Shown in pieces: positions 1 through 20,064 of a DNA stretch of 64,000 nucleotides. The DNA is from the human T2T-CHM13v2.0 reference genome, Homo sapiens: assembly GCF_009914755.1 (NCBI RefSeq), contig NC_060930.1. One strand, written 5' to 3'. The notes under the pieces are model-generated. The model was given only the letters and a program-made list of their open reading frames with translations, was not told the origin of the DNA and searched no databases. The stretch's first letter is position 1; each line of letters opens with the position of its first letter. Position numbers and translations under genes: made by a program.

Positions 1-447
1 CTGTGATCTACTGATACAAAGTAAAGACAATAAGGAAAATCAAGCAAGTATTACATACTTTCCATACACTATCTCATTTAACTCATTACTCATCTTTCTG
101 AATTGACACAGAAAATTTAGACAACTCATCCAAAATCATAGAGTTAGTAAACTGAAAGACCAGGGTCTGTTTTCCAATTCAGTCCTTTTCCCGATAGGCC
201 ACATGGCTTTCTGGAAAGTAGGATATTGCTTACAGAGTTAGGCAGAAGGGAATTCTGAAAGAAGTTACTTTCTGGGCTCCATGTGGACAGTGCCTTAGAA
301 CCTCACAGCACGGGTTTTTGGGTGGCAGAGGGCAGGGAAAGATCAGTGAAAATATATATTTCAAGGTTAAATGTGTTTGAATCTTTTGTCAAGTTATTGC
401 CTTATAATTCTTCAATGGAGCTTTAAAAATTTTTGTTTAAGTGAGAC

Positions 448-5978
<5,531 letters not shown>

Positions 5979-7467
5979 TAAGTGAGACATTTTAAGAGAA
6001 TCTAGGAAAAAAAATCAGGAAGATAATCTAGAAGTAGCAGCAAAGATTCAGCATTGTATTGGCCTCATTTGTACTATAGAGTCAATTGAATGACATTTTT
6101 TTCTATAGTTTCTATAAATCTTCACCTAATATTCAGGAAGAGTTTCTTGTTTCATATACTACAATTTATGTATTTTTAAACAAAACTAAAAATTATATGT
6201 ATTTATATACATACTTCGTCAATCTTTAAATATTGAAGTCCTAAAAGAATATTTATTTTCAAATACTGTGTGCTGTTGAGTGTCTTTCTCCTCCTCCTTA
6301 CTATTCACATGACCTAGCAGGATAGTGCATCTCCTTTAGTAATTCACTACTTCCCAAGTAGAATAAATTTAAAAGTGCGTAATATAACTTATATCACTTT
6401 CTAAATAGAAATTGTTTGCAGGTAGATAATCTTGATGTTAGGAGATTTGGAGGTTGTTGTTTTGTTAGTATACTTGTATAGTGAAGTATTAAGAAGAGTA
6501 GCTCAAAGTCAGTATTTAAAAAGTAGGAAGGGTAGGAAAATGAATATTGTTGTAATAGTAAATGAAATTATAATTCAAGGAAGATAATTTGCACTTTAGT
6601 AATATATGCTAGTAATAATATATGTAGCAGAATCAATACAAGAGACTAAAAGCAGACCCTTCAGAAACTTTTATCTTCTTAGTCTTCAAATATTTCCATT
6701 GTGTCACAAACAAGTCTCCCATAGTTATGGAAAATACACTCCTGTAGCTTATTTTCCAAATTTGAATTAATGTAACTAAATTCGTCCCCCCTCTGAAAAT
6801 CTGCTCTCATTTCAAATTAATACCTTTTAATCTTATCACCTATCACTTCGAGATCCCAAGGACTTTTCTCCCAAATGCATCCTTTCCTTTTCTTCCTTTC
6901 TGACTCTTTCATTATGCATATGTCAACATGCTTCCAAAAAAACCCACTTGATTCAGTCAATTCAGTGAAAACAAAAAAAAGATCAGTCAAGTCAGTTGCT
7001 AGTCTCCCCAAAGACAAAACATGCAGCTGATTGACTAGATGTTTCACTTATCAACTGTTTGCTTTGGCATTATTTAGACATAACCTTTGTCTCCTTGTTT
7101 TCTCCCTTTACTGAGTGTGCTATAATTGCTTTTATATTATCTTTTTTGGCATTCTTCTAAGTTCTTCCTTCCACTTTGGACTGTTTATACAGTTCTATTT
7201 ATAAATGCATTCCTCTATTGATCTATATGATATGTGTTCTAAATGGTTTAACACAAAGTATATAGGCTATTTATCTTGATATTCAAAATCTGTGCTCAAA
7301 TAACTTGAGTCAAAGTTTGAATTGGAATAAGATTCAAGGCCACATGTACTACATTGTTTATTTTTTATATCTGAGTCAGCTTTGTAGTATTTTTAGAAAA
7401 TATATGTGTAACAGCAGAGAAAATAAAGTCAATCATCAAATATTAATGTACTGAGAACTTGCTGCTC

Positions 7468-7577
7468 TTTTTAAATTTTATTTTAGGCTCGGGTATACAT
7501 GTTTAGGTTTGCTATATAGGTAAATTGCATGTCATGAGGGTTTGGTGTACAGATTATTTTGTCACCCACATAATAAC
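7468..7577 (-). mobile_element. Short 3'-end fragment of an older L1PA/L1PB
   Basis: ttttattttaggctcgggtatacatgtttaggtttgc...gtcacccacataata resembles the L1 3' terminus. Confidence 0.7.
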
Positions 7578-7713
7578 TTTTATCTTTACTTCTCTTAGAT
7601 TCTATGGTCTAGCCATTATATCCATCTGGCAGAACAGTGCCAATTAAACATATTTTCCTGCTTACTTTCTAAGTGTGCATGAAAAACAAAACTTGACTAT
7701 TGAAAGGTCCACA

Positions 7714-8630
<917 letters not shown>

Positions 8631-10407
8631 TAAAATCGTTGTTGTTTGCTGGTTGGTTTTTCCAAAGGTTTATTGAAGTAGAAACAAGTTAGTCCAATAC
8701 TTGCTGGAACAAAAAAACAGTTATAACGATTTTCAAAATATTTTTACAAAACCGGTGTAGCACAAAACTTCTTCATAAACCAGACTATGTTTTAAACTTT
8801 TGTTCTAAATCTTTTAGGAGTGTTAGTTCTTAAGAACTGTAGCTTATTTCTATTCCAAATTTATCTTATGCTACTGAAAAGCTGTAGAGGGGCATTTGAA
8901 GGCTGTTTCTTTAAGATGTAGTCTTCCTTTTTATTCTTGATGGTGATATATTGCTGCAGCGAGTATGTGCAATTTTTCATCAAGCTAATCATGAGGCTGA
9001 GAAGGTTCATTGATAACCTGTCCATCTCCCAGTTTTAAATGTCAGAAGGGTCCTGTATGAGTGGCTGTCAACCAGAGGGAGTGAACACAGAATGGTTTCC
9101 CTCCAGTTCTGAGAGTAAAAGTTTGGAAGAGACAGAGAAATCCTGCTCTCCTCACCTTCCAGCAGCATTCTGTAGGTGGCAATCTCAAAGTCAAGGGCTC
9201 TGTGAGCATCCCACAGGTCCTGACATTGATTAAGGTGGCAGGCCTTAATTATTTCTTCCTTCCCATTCTGAATCTCATCCTGCATGAGGCCAATAGTGTC
9301 TTGATAGTTCACAGCAAAGTTCTCATCTATTTCACACATCTGGCACTGCAGAGAATTCTCAGTTCCTTTGAGTGCTTGGCCAGTGAGGGACTGGACCTGT
9401 CTTTGCCTCCTCTTTTGACTCCTGCTTTGCCTAATGCAGGGCATCACTGTCCAGGTTCAGTTAATAGCCTCAGAGAGATCAACAAACCTGGCCTGGTTCC
9501 CGAAGGTTCTTAGTAACTACACTTTCATACTGCTAACACACATCACGCAGTGCAGCCATGAGGTCAGTCTTGGAAATATCATCAATTTGTATGGCTCTTC
9601 CTGAATCTGGACCTGCAGCTCCCAGGTTTCATTCCTGCGCAGTTCCTTCAAAAAGGCAATCTCTTCTTGCAAGGAAGAGATTGCCAGAAGTCATGGAGTG
9701 TCAAAGAAGCATTGTCAACATGCAGTCTGCAAGTTTGCAGGATTTCTAAGGGTGCTCTCAGCTTCCTCTCTCTGAAGCATCTCTTTCTGCAAATTGTCCT
9801 GATGTCCTTGGCTAGGATGTCATGCTGAGCCTTGATACTGGCCTTGTTGGTTACCTGGTCCACTTGCTGATGCAGCTGTTGCATCTCCTCCTTGTAGAAG
9901 TTCCCCAGGTTGACTTTCCCTGTTTCTGGAGCTGCTTCACTTTATCAGCAGTATCTTGTTCTTTTGGACCAAGAAGTGCACCTTGTCGATGTGTATGAAA
10001 CCATCATTCAGCTCCTGCAGCTCCATTTTCCTGTTGGTGCGGGCATTTTTTTTCCAAGTTGCTGTTGATGGTACATGGTGGAGTAGCTCCTGGCATACAC
10101 AAAACACAGGAAACAAGATAAAGAAGCTGCAACTGCTGCCAAGGCACAGCGCACTACCCAGGCTTGCAAGTGTGGTGGACATCGTCATGTAGCTCTGGCT
10201 GGAGCTCTGCCATCTTGCAGTGCCAGGGCCACTGAGCACTCTGAGGAAGGAGGATGAAGGCTCCAATCTGGTAGACTTGGCTATGGGGGGTGGCAGTGGA
10301 CTGGGCCACTGTGGCAGGGCCTTCTTGCTAGGCAAGGAGAGGCCAGTAAGGGCACAATGGTGTGGGCTGCTGCATTACTGCGGCAACCTCATAGCTAGTG
10401 GCAGAGC
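8631..10407 (-). pseudogene. VIM2P: Old processed vimentin (VIM) pseudogene
   Basis: Intronless. ORF fragments match vimentin motifs (ELQELND; [22 protein letters not shown]; C-terminal GATGGACAGGTTATCAA). Start ATG changed to AAG at 10278-10276. Multiple frameshifts and a head-domain deletion. AATAAA at 8674-8669. Degenerate TSD 8616-8630 / 10408-10422 (11/15). The parent gene is confidently VIM; the locus symbol is from memory. Confidence 0.93.
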
Positions 10408-11480
10408 TCCAATAAGGCTTTTATACTCTCTACTCCCCTAAAATAGTTCTTATTAGGGTGACAGGCAACTTATATATTGCCAAAGCCATCAGTCACTTTT
10501 CTGTCATTTTCTGTCACTTCCCAGAAGCACTAGAAAAGGCTGACCACTGCCTACTGCCTCCATTATAAAACACATACCTCTCTAGGATTCTAATATTCCT
10601 GGTTTCCCTCCCTCACAGCCTCTCCTCAGAAACATTTCCTGCCTCCTCCTCCTCTGTCTACTGGGCTCTGGGTGTTGAAATGCCCATGGGCTCCTGCATC
10701 TACCTTTTCTACCTGTGGCATCTCATTCTTTCCTATGCCTTCAAATACTATCCATATATTGATTCAAATGTCTTACCTAGCACCTAGGTCTCTTCTTTGA
10801 GCGCTAGCATCATCTATGCAATGATTTCTCTCCAATCTCTGTCAGGATGGACAATGAACATCTCAAACTGGACATGACCATAATAGAACTATTAATTTTT
10901 TCTTCATATCCATTCTCCCTCATGCCCTCCCCATCACAGTAAATTAGGAATTTATTTAGTCTGCAAAGCTAGGTGCCATTATTGATTATTCTCTTTCTTG
11001 TGTACTTTTTAAAAACCTGCTTCTAAATTCAGCCGTCACTACCTTGAAAATATATCCTGAAATCTGACCACTTACCACCCCCACTGCGGGGATGCTGATT
11101 TCATCTATGACTATCTTTTATTTAAAGTACTTTTAAACCCCATAATTGCCTGTCTCTTTACTCCATTCCTACCTCCTTATAATCCATCATATATCAGCTG
11201 GAAAGATTTTTCTGAAACACAGAATACATCATATTTAAATTCCAACTTAAAACCCTCCATTGCTTTCTATTGCTTTTTTTTTTCATTTCACTCTTTATAA
11301 TTTTGTGTGAACTTATGTTCTACTACAACTAGAGTTATGCCACTATTTCAATAAAGTGTAATTACTATATAAGAAGCTTGATGTAGGAGACTTTATTTGA
11401 TTCATATGTGTACCCTCCCCTACTCCACCACAGTTTCAAGAATATTATCTTGCATATTATCTACTCAAAAAATATTTGTG
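10408..11480 (+). mobile_element. LINE-2 fragment, right part to the 3' end
   Basis: L2-like motifs (catctcaaactggacatgacc, aatccatc...tttttctgaaacacaga, ctactcaaaaaatatttg). Confidence 0.7.
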
Positions 11481-11873
11481 ATATTAAACTAAATAACAGT
11501 CTCATAAGAGTGGTTAGAAGAGAAAACATTTAAAATTTTTGAAATATTAGATATTGCTATTTACTTTTCTCTGTGGTAAACTATTAGATTTGGACACAAT
11601 GTTGAATTCTACTCTTTAGTTTCATTAGGCAGGTAATTAATAGCTAATCTTTTTAATCTGTTAAAATGAAAACAAAATTTTAATCGTTTGATTAAGTTAC
11701 AATTAGAATCCACAATTTCATGAAAAAACAATGAATATTATATGCATTGATCTTAATGTCTCTGCTTTACTTTTCCATGAAATGTTCTGTTGCTGATTAT
11801 CATTTTTATTTAACCTCAAAATTATTGATTAACTTTGCATATCATAAATGTGATGAAGCATAAACATATACCC

Positions 11874-12415
11874 TGTAATGAATAATTTTATGTGTCAACT
11901 TGACTGGGCCACAGGGTGCCCAGATATTTGATCAAACATTATTCTCAGTGTTTTCATGAAGGTGTATTTGGATAAGATTAACATTTGAATGGTAGACTGA
12001 GTAAAGCAGATTGCATTCCTCACTGTGGGGGGGCCCCATCCAATCTGTTCAAATCCTCAGTAGAACAAAATTGTTGACCCTCTTTTAAATAAGAGAGACC
12101 TTTTTTTTTTCTGTCCAACTTCCTTGAAGCTGGGACATTGGCTTTTTTCCTACCTTTGAACTCAAACTGAAACCCTGGCCGTTCCTCCATCTCCAGCCTG
12201 CCAGTCTTCAGACAGGAAGCACACCACCAGCTCTCCTGGTTCTCAGGCCTTCAGACTTCGACTGGGACTAAACCATCATCAACTTTGGGTCTCTGGCTTG
12301 CCCTGTAGATATTGGGGCTTACCTGCCTTCATAATTGCATAAGCCAATTCCATATAATAAACAAACAAACATATCTCCTATTGATCTATTTCTCTGGACA
12401 GCTCTGAGCAGCACA
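11874..12415 (+). mobile_element. Solo LTR, MLT2 family (ERVL)
   Basis: TG...CA termini; perfect 5-bp TSD TACCC (11869-11873, 12416-12420); MLT2-type start ttttatgtgtcaacttgactgggccacagggtgcccagata. Confidence 0.88.
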
Positions 12416-14390
12416 TACCCTATGAATATTCTATGGATTCATATAAAAATTGTATACTCCATGGGGTGTGGCAGTCTTTAAAATTAATTACCATCAGAAA
12501 AAAACATTTTTTACTATTCTTCTTGACTAACAGATAGGATTCCTTCTTCACTGGGCCTGTCAGCTTTGGAAATTTGGGCTAAATTGAAGAGAATTAATGC
12601 TCATTTCACATTCAACATTGAATTATTTTGGTTTGCTTCTCAGTCGATGTCACAATATATTAACATAGCCTTTCATATAAGTATATAGATTCAGATGGCA
12701 ACTGTTTTTCTCCACTCTCTATACCATATAGGAGCAATCAGTGAAGTTACTGCACTAAGAATACTGCCCCAAATGTGGTATAGAATGTTTTTCACCTATT
12801 TTGATAAAAATGTTGATTACGACGTCTTCCTGAGAGGATTGGTGGTTGCATGATACTGTAGATTGAAAGGAACTCAGGGAAAAGACAATTTGAGGATGCT
12901 GGTGGTTAATGATATTTGTTATTTCACCCATAAATCTCATGTAAATAAAATAAATTTCAAACAACTCATTCTCATAATAAACTCTCTCATCCGATGCTCG
13001 AATTCCATTTTAGTCTGCATATCTTGTAGTGCAAAAAGAAAACCAAAACATTCACAATTTCATCCTGCAGTTTTGGTTTCTCTTTGGTCTCAGTATCATA
13101 CCTGCTAAATAAGACAACTAGGTATCATTTTTCTATTATTGAGATAATAGAGGAGTTTAACCCTTTTAACCAAATATCTATTAAATGTCCAAATTATCAG
13201 TTTCCCATTATTTCCTCTAAGGCAAAGAACCATGTAACAGGCGACCTCTAAGCAGTCATTTAAAAATAGTATGTAAGTATATTAAAATGATTGAAAATAT
13301 TATCCAATAAGCACATCTTTTTGAGCGTAAAGTTTTTTTTTTTTTCAACCTAAAGCTGATTTGATTCTCTGGGTCATCATTGTTTGTCCTATTGTACAAA
13401 TTTTTACTACCACGGAAATTCTGAAGCTGGTTTTCATGGAAGGATCAGCAATTGGAAAACTAGTACTGCTCTGAGTATCCTTTTCTTGAATTATCTTTAA
13501 CAGAGACTTTTCTCTTCAGTTGTGACACTTTCTTTAAAATTCTCATCGCTGGATTTTAAATGTGATTGTCAGAGTGATGTTTCTTAAAGCCATTATTCAG
13601 CTGTCTTCAGTTACAGTTAATTTGCGTACTGCAAATAACTATCTATAAATACTGTTTCTTACATTGCCGCTGCTTCCAAAAGACCCTCTGATTGTGTTAA
13701 GAGATTACTACCATCTTCACTTATAGGTTCATTGCAGGGAGTCTTAATAGTAACTCTTTTCTATTTTAAACATCAAAGATTTTAGATTTTTCTGATTTTT
13801 CTCTGTTTTATATACTTTGAACTTATTACAAGCTTATCCACCAACTTTGTTTTTAATCAATCATATATGTTTTAGTCTAAATATAGTTTTTAAATTATTA
13901 TCCCATTAAGGTATTACAACAATGAAAACAACAAAAATATGTTCAATGGTATCAAATTTATAATTAAATCAGGGAATTGTTGATTTGGAGGAGCCAGTTG
14001 TTTTTTAGATATTTAAAATGAAAGATACAGTCACTGGTTTACAAGATGACATATTTGTTTAAAAATATAGCTGTCAATCTGCTCTGACTCATGGATAAAG
14101 CAGATGTCTTAGCAATGGCCTTCTGGGCAAAGAACTTCGGCATAATCTGACATTATTATACTCTTTTTATTCACATGACTGTAGCTGTAATAGAAACATG
14201 CTTCATCATAGCACAAAACTAACAAGTAAGTTTTTCAGTATGTTGTACATTTTTCATTTTTAAAAATATTGATATTTCTTAGAAAATAACCCCTAAAGCA
14301 AAACAAACCTGAACATTATACATCTTATGCTGGTGGTTTAAGATATTCTTTATTTCAACCATAAATATGTATAGGTGAAATACATAAATA

Positions 14391-14482
14391 TTTTACATAT
14401 ACAGATTTTACATCTTGTTTTTACATATACAGATTTTACATATACATGTACATATATAAAATCTGTATATGTAAAACCAAGA
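14391..14482. repeat. AT-rich direct plus inverted repeat (26-bp arms)
   Basis: tcttgtttttacatatacagatttta (14413-14438) versus taaaatctgtatatgtaaaaccaaga (14457-14482), 25/26 complementary. Confidence 0.85.
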
Positions 14483-14885
14483 ATGGAAATCTATATAATA
14501 TTCAGAAGTTCTCCCAGAATTGTTTGGTTGAATATCACTTTCTTATTTAACTTTACAAATACCATTTAAGTACACATCTTAATTAGTAACACTTTGTGAA
14601 ATCATATCAGCTTCGAGCAACACAGCTACCAGAATGAAATATTTTAGATGTGTCATTTGAAATCCAGCTTTCATTTTGCTGCCAGTGCTTATCTAAATTG
14701 CATCACATAAAAATGCTATGCTCATGTAAGTAATCTACTTTCAAGAAATGAAAAATCACCAGTGTGATACAGTCTTCTAGGTAAAACCATTAGTTATCTT
14801 GCATTTATTATTTGACCCTATGTGATATATTTATGAGTGATATGAAGGTAACAAGAAATATAAAAATAGAATTTTTAATAGAACA

Positions 14886-15630
14886 TTTCTTGTTTTGCAA
14901 TTCCAACTTTCATTTTATATACAAAGAGTACATATGCAGTTTTATTACATGGGTATGTTGCATGATGCTGAGGTTTGAGGTACAGGTCCCACCACCCAGG
15001 TAGTGAGCATAGTACCCAATAGGTAGTTTTTCAATCCATCCTGCCTCCCCTCTGACTCCTCTAACAGTCTACAGTGCGTGTTGTTCCCATCTTTATGTCT
15101 GTGTGTACTCAGTTATCTCCCACATATAGGTGAGAACATGTAGTATTTCCTTCTGTATTCCTGCATTAATTTGCCTAGAATTATAGCCTCCAGCTGCATT
15201 CATGTTGCTGCAAAGAACATGATTTTGTTTTGTTATGGCTGCATAGTCTTCCACAGTGTATAGGTATCAAATTTTCATTATCCAATCATCCGTTGATGGG
15301 CACCTGGGTTGATTTCCTATCTTAACTATTGTGAATACCACCGTGATGAACATACAAGTACAAGTGTCTCTTTGGTAAAATGATGTGTTTTCTTTTGAGT
15401 ATATGCTCAGTAGTAGGAGTGCAGGATCAAATGTCAGTTCTGTTTTCAGTTCTTTGAGAAATTTCCATAATACATTCCATAGTGGCTGAACTAATTTACA
15501 TTTCCACCAACAGGGCATAAGTATTCCCTTTTCTCCACAGCCTTGCCAACATGTCATTTCTTGACGTTTTAATAACAACCATTCTGACTGGTGTGAGATG
15601 CTATCTCATTGTGATTTAATTTGCATTTCT
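14886..15630 (-). mobile_element. Older L1 (about L1PA15/16) 3' part; host of the nested L1
   Basis: L1 3'UTR plus ORF2 C-terminal fragment (ORF 15267-15578); the sequence resumes at 22171. Confidence 0.9.
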
Positions 15631-16803
15631 TTTTTTTTTTAATACTTTAATCCTGGGATACATGTGCAGAACGTGCAAGTTTGTTACATAGGTGTACACG
15701 TGCCATGGTGGTTTGCTGCACCCATCAACCTGTCATCTACATTAGGTATTTCTCCTAATGCAATCCCTCCCCTAGCCCCCACACCCCCCGAGAGGCCCCA
15801 GTGTGTGATGTTTCCCTCCCTGTGTCCATGTGTTCTCATTGTTCAACTCCCACTTATGAGTGAGAACATAGGTGTCTGGTTTTCTGTTCCTGTGTTAGTT
15901 TGCTGAGAATGATGGTATCTAGCTTTATCTATGTCCCTGCAAAGGACATGAACTCATCCTTTTTTATGGCTGCATAGTATTCCATGGTGTATATGTGCCA
16001 CATATTATTTATCCAGTCTATCATTGATGGGCATTTGGGTTGTTCCAAGTCTTTACTGTTGTGAATAGTGCTGCAATAAACATATGTGTGCATGTGTCTT
16101 TATAGCAGCATGATTTATAATCCTTTGGATATATACCCAGTAATGGGATGGCTGGGTCAAATGGTATTTCTAGTTCTAGATCCCTGAGGAATCGCCACAC
16201 TGACTTCCACAATGGTTGAACTAGTTTACAGTCCCACTAACAGTGTAAAAGTGTTCCTATTTCTCCACATCCTCTCCAGCACCTGTTGTTTCCTGACTTT
16301 TTAATGATCGCCATTCTAACTGGTGTGAGATGGTATCTCATTGTGGTTTTGATTTGCATTTCTTTAATGACCAGTGATGATGAGCTTTTTTTATATGTTT
16401 GTTGGCCACATAAATGTCTTCTTTTGAGAAGTATCTGTTCATATCCTTCACCCATTTTTTGAAGGAGTTGTTTGGTTTTTTCTTATAAATTTATTTAAGT
16501 TCTTTGTAGATTCTGGATATTAGCCCTTTGTCAGATGGATAGATTGCAACAATTTTCTCCCATCCTCTAAGTTGCCTGTTCACTCTGATGATAGTTTCTT
16601 TTGCTGTGCAGAAGTTCTTTAGTTTAATTAGATCCCATTTGTCAATTTTGGCTTTTGTTGCCATTGCTTTTGGTGTTTTAATCATGAAGTCTTTGCCCAT
16701 GCCTATGTCCTGAATGGTATTGCCTAGGTTTATCTTCTAGGGTTTTTATGGTGTTAGGTCTTATGTTTAAGTCTTTCATCCATCTTTAGTTAATTTTTAT
16801 CTA

Positions 16804-16914
<111 letters not shown>

Positions 16915-17433
16915 TCAAAGATCAGATGGTTGTAGATGCGTAATGTTATTTCTGAGGCCTCTGTTCTGTTTCATTGGTCTATATATCTGTTTTGGTACCA
17001 GTATCATGATGTTTTGGTTACTGTAGCCTTGTAGCATAGTTTGAAGTCAGGTAGCTTGATGCCTCCAGCTTTGTTCTTTTTGCTTAGGATTGGCTTGGCT
17101 ATCTGGGCTCTTTTTTGGTTCCATATGAAATTTAAAGAAGTTTTTTCTAATTCTGTGAAGAAAGTCAATGGTAGCTTGATGGGGATAGCATTGGATCTAT
17201 AAATTACTTGGGGCAGTATGGCCATTTTCATGATATTGATTCTTCCTATCCATAAGCATGGAATGTTTTTCCATTTGTTTGTGTCCTCTCTTATTTCCTT
17301 GAACAGTGGTTTGTAATTATCCTTGAAGAGGTCCTTCACATTTCTTGTAAGTTGTATTCCTAGGTATTTTATTCTCTTCGTAGCAATTGTGAAAGGGAGT
17401 TCACTCATGATTTGGTTCTCTGTTTGTCTATTA

Positions 17434-17559
<126 letters not shown>

Positions 17560-20033
17560 TCATCTGCAAACAGAGACAATTTGACTTCCTCTCTTCCTAT
17601 TTGGATACCCTTTATTTCTTTCTCTTGCCTGATGGCCCTGGCCAGAACTTCCAATAGTATGTTGAATAGGAGTGGTGAGAGAGGGCATCCTTGTCTTGTC
17701 CCGGTTTTCAAAGGGAATGTTTCCAGCTTTTGCCCATTCAGTACGACATTGGCTGTGAGTTTGTCATAAATAGCTCTTATTATTTTGAGATACATTTCAT
17801 CAGTACTTATTTATTGAGAGTTTTTAGCATGAAGCAATGTTGAATTTTATCGAAGGCCTTTTCTGCATCTATTGAGAAAATCATGTGGTTTTTCTCACTG
17901 ATTCTCTTTATGTGATGGATTAGATTTATTGATTTGCATATGTTGAACCAGCCTTGCATCCCAGGGATGAAGCCACCTTGATTGTGGTGGATAAGCTTTT
18001 TGATGTCCTGGTAGATTCCGTTTGCCAGTATTTTACTGGGGATTTTTACATCGATTTTCATCAAGGATATCAGTTGAAATTTTCTTTTTTTGTTGTATCT
18101 CCACCAGGTTTTGTTATCAGGATGATGCTGACCTCATAAAATGAGTTAGCGAGGAGTCCCTCTTTTTCTATTGTTTGGAAAGTTTCAGGAGGAATGGTAC
18201 CAGCTCCTGTTTGTACCTCTTGTAGAATTTGGCTGTGAATCCGTCTGGGTCTTGGGCTTTTTTGGTTGGTAGGCTATTAATTACTGCCTCAATTTCAGAA
18301 CTCGTTATTGGTCTATTCAGGGATTCGACTTCTTCCTGGTTTAGTCTTGGGAGGGTGTATTTTTCCAGGAATTTATCCATTTCTTCTAGATTTTCTAGTT
18401 TATTTGATTAGAGGTTTTTATAGTATTCTCTGATGGTAATTTGTATTTCTGTGGGATCAGTTGAGATATCCTCTTTATCATTTTTTATTGTTTCTATTTG
18501 ATTCTTCTCTCTTCTTTTTTAGTGTGGCTAGTGGCCTATCTACTTTGTTAATCTTAACAAACAAACAAACAAAAAACCCAGCTCCTGGATTCAGTGATTT
18601 TTTGAAGGGTTTTTCGTGTCTGTATCTCTTTCATTGCTGCTCTGATCTCAGTTATTTCTTGTCTTCTGATAGCTTTTGAATTTGTTTGCTCTTGCTTCTC
18701 TAGTTCTTTTAATTGTGATGTTAGGGTGTTGATTTTAGATCTTTCCTGCTTTCTCCTGTGGGAAGTTACTGCTATAAATTTCCCTCTAAACACTACTTTA
18801 GCTGCATCTGAGAGATTCTGGTATGTTGTGTTTTTGCTCTCATTGGTTTCAAAGAACTTATTTATTTCTTCCTTAATTTCATTATTTACCCAGTAGTCAA
18901 TCAGGAGCAGGTTGTTCAGTTGCCATATAGTTGTGCAGTTTTGAGTGAGTTTCTTAATCCTGAGTTCAAATGTGATTGCATTGTGGTCTGGGAGACTGTT
19001 TGTTATGATTTTCATTCTTTTGCATTTGCTGAGGAGTATTTTACTTCCAATTATGTGGTCAATTTTAGAATAAGTGTGATGTGGTGCTGAGAAGAATGTA
19101 TATTCTGTTGATTTAGGGTCGAGAGTTCTGTAGATGTCTGTTAGGTCAGCTTGGTCCAGAGCTGAATTCAACTGCTGAATATCCTTTTTAATTTTCTGTC
19201 TTGTTGATCCGTCTCATATTGACAGTGGGGTGTTAAAATCTCCCACTATTATTATGTGGGAATCTAAGTCTCTTTGTAGGTCTCTAAGAGCTTGCTTTAT
19301 AAATCTGGGTGCTCCTGAATTGGGTGCATACATATATAGGATAGTTAGGTCTTCTTGTTGCATTGATCCCCTTACCATTGTGTAATGCCCAGTGCCCATC
19401 TTTGTCTTTTTTGATCTTTATTGGTTTAAAGTCTCTTTTATCAGAGACTAGGATTGCAACCTCTGCTTTTTTTTTTTTTTTTTTTTTTTTTGCTTCCCAT
19501 TTGCTTGGTAAATGTTCCTTCATCCCTTTATTTTGAGCCTATGTGTGTCTTTGCACATGAGATGGGTCTCCTGAATACAGCACACCAATGGGTCTTGACT
19601 CTTGATCGAATTTGCCAGTCTGTGTCTTTTAATTGGGGCATTTAGCCCATTTACATTTAAGGTTAATATTATTATGTATGAATTTGATCCTGTCATTATG
19701 ATGCTAGCTGGTTATTTTGCCCATTAGTTGATGCAGTTTCTTCATAGTGTCAATGGTCTTTACAATTTAGTATGTTTTTGCAGTGGCTGGTACCGGTTTT
19801 TCCTTTCCATATTTAGTGCTTTCTTCAGGAGCTCTTACTAGGGAGGCCTGGTGGTGACAAAATCTCTCAGCATTTGCTTGTCTGTAAAGGATTTTATTTC
19901 TCCTTCACTTATGAAGCTTAGTTTGGCTGGATATGAAATTCTGGGTTGAAAATTCTTTGAATGTTGAATATTGGCCACCACTCTCTTCTGGCTTGTAGGG
20001 TTTCTGCAGAAAGATCCGCTATAGTCTGATGGG

Positions 20034-20064
<31 letters not shown>

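Noticed and set aside
9007-10335. 146-aa and 132-aa ORFs as an intermediate-filament gene
   Set aside because: Frameshifted fragments of a processed VIM pseudogene with no start codon.
13480-13760. Possible conserved noncoding element or TATA-like ctataaata
   Set aside because: Only short AT-rich motifs; cannot be supported without alignments.
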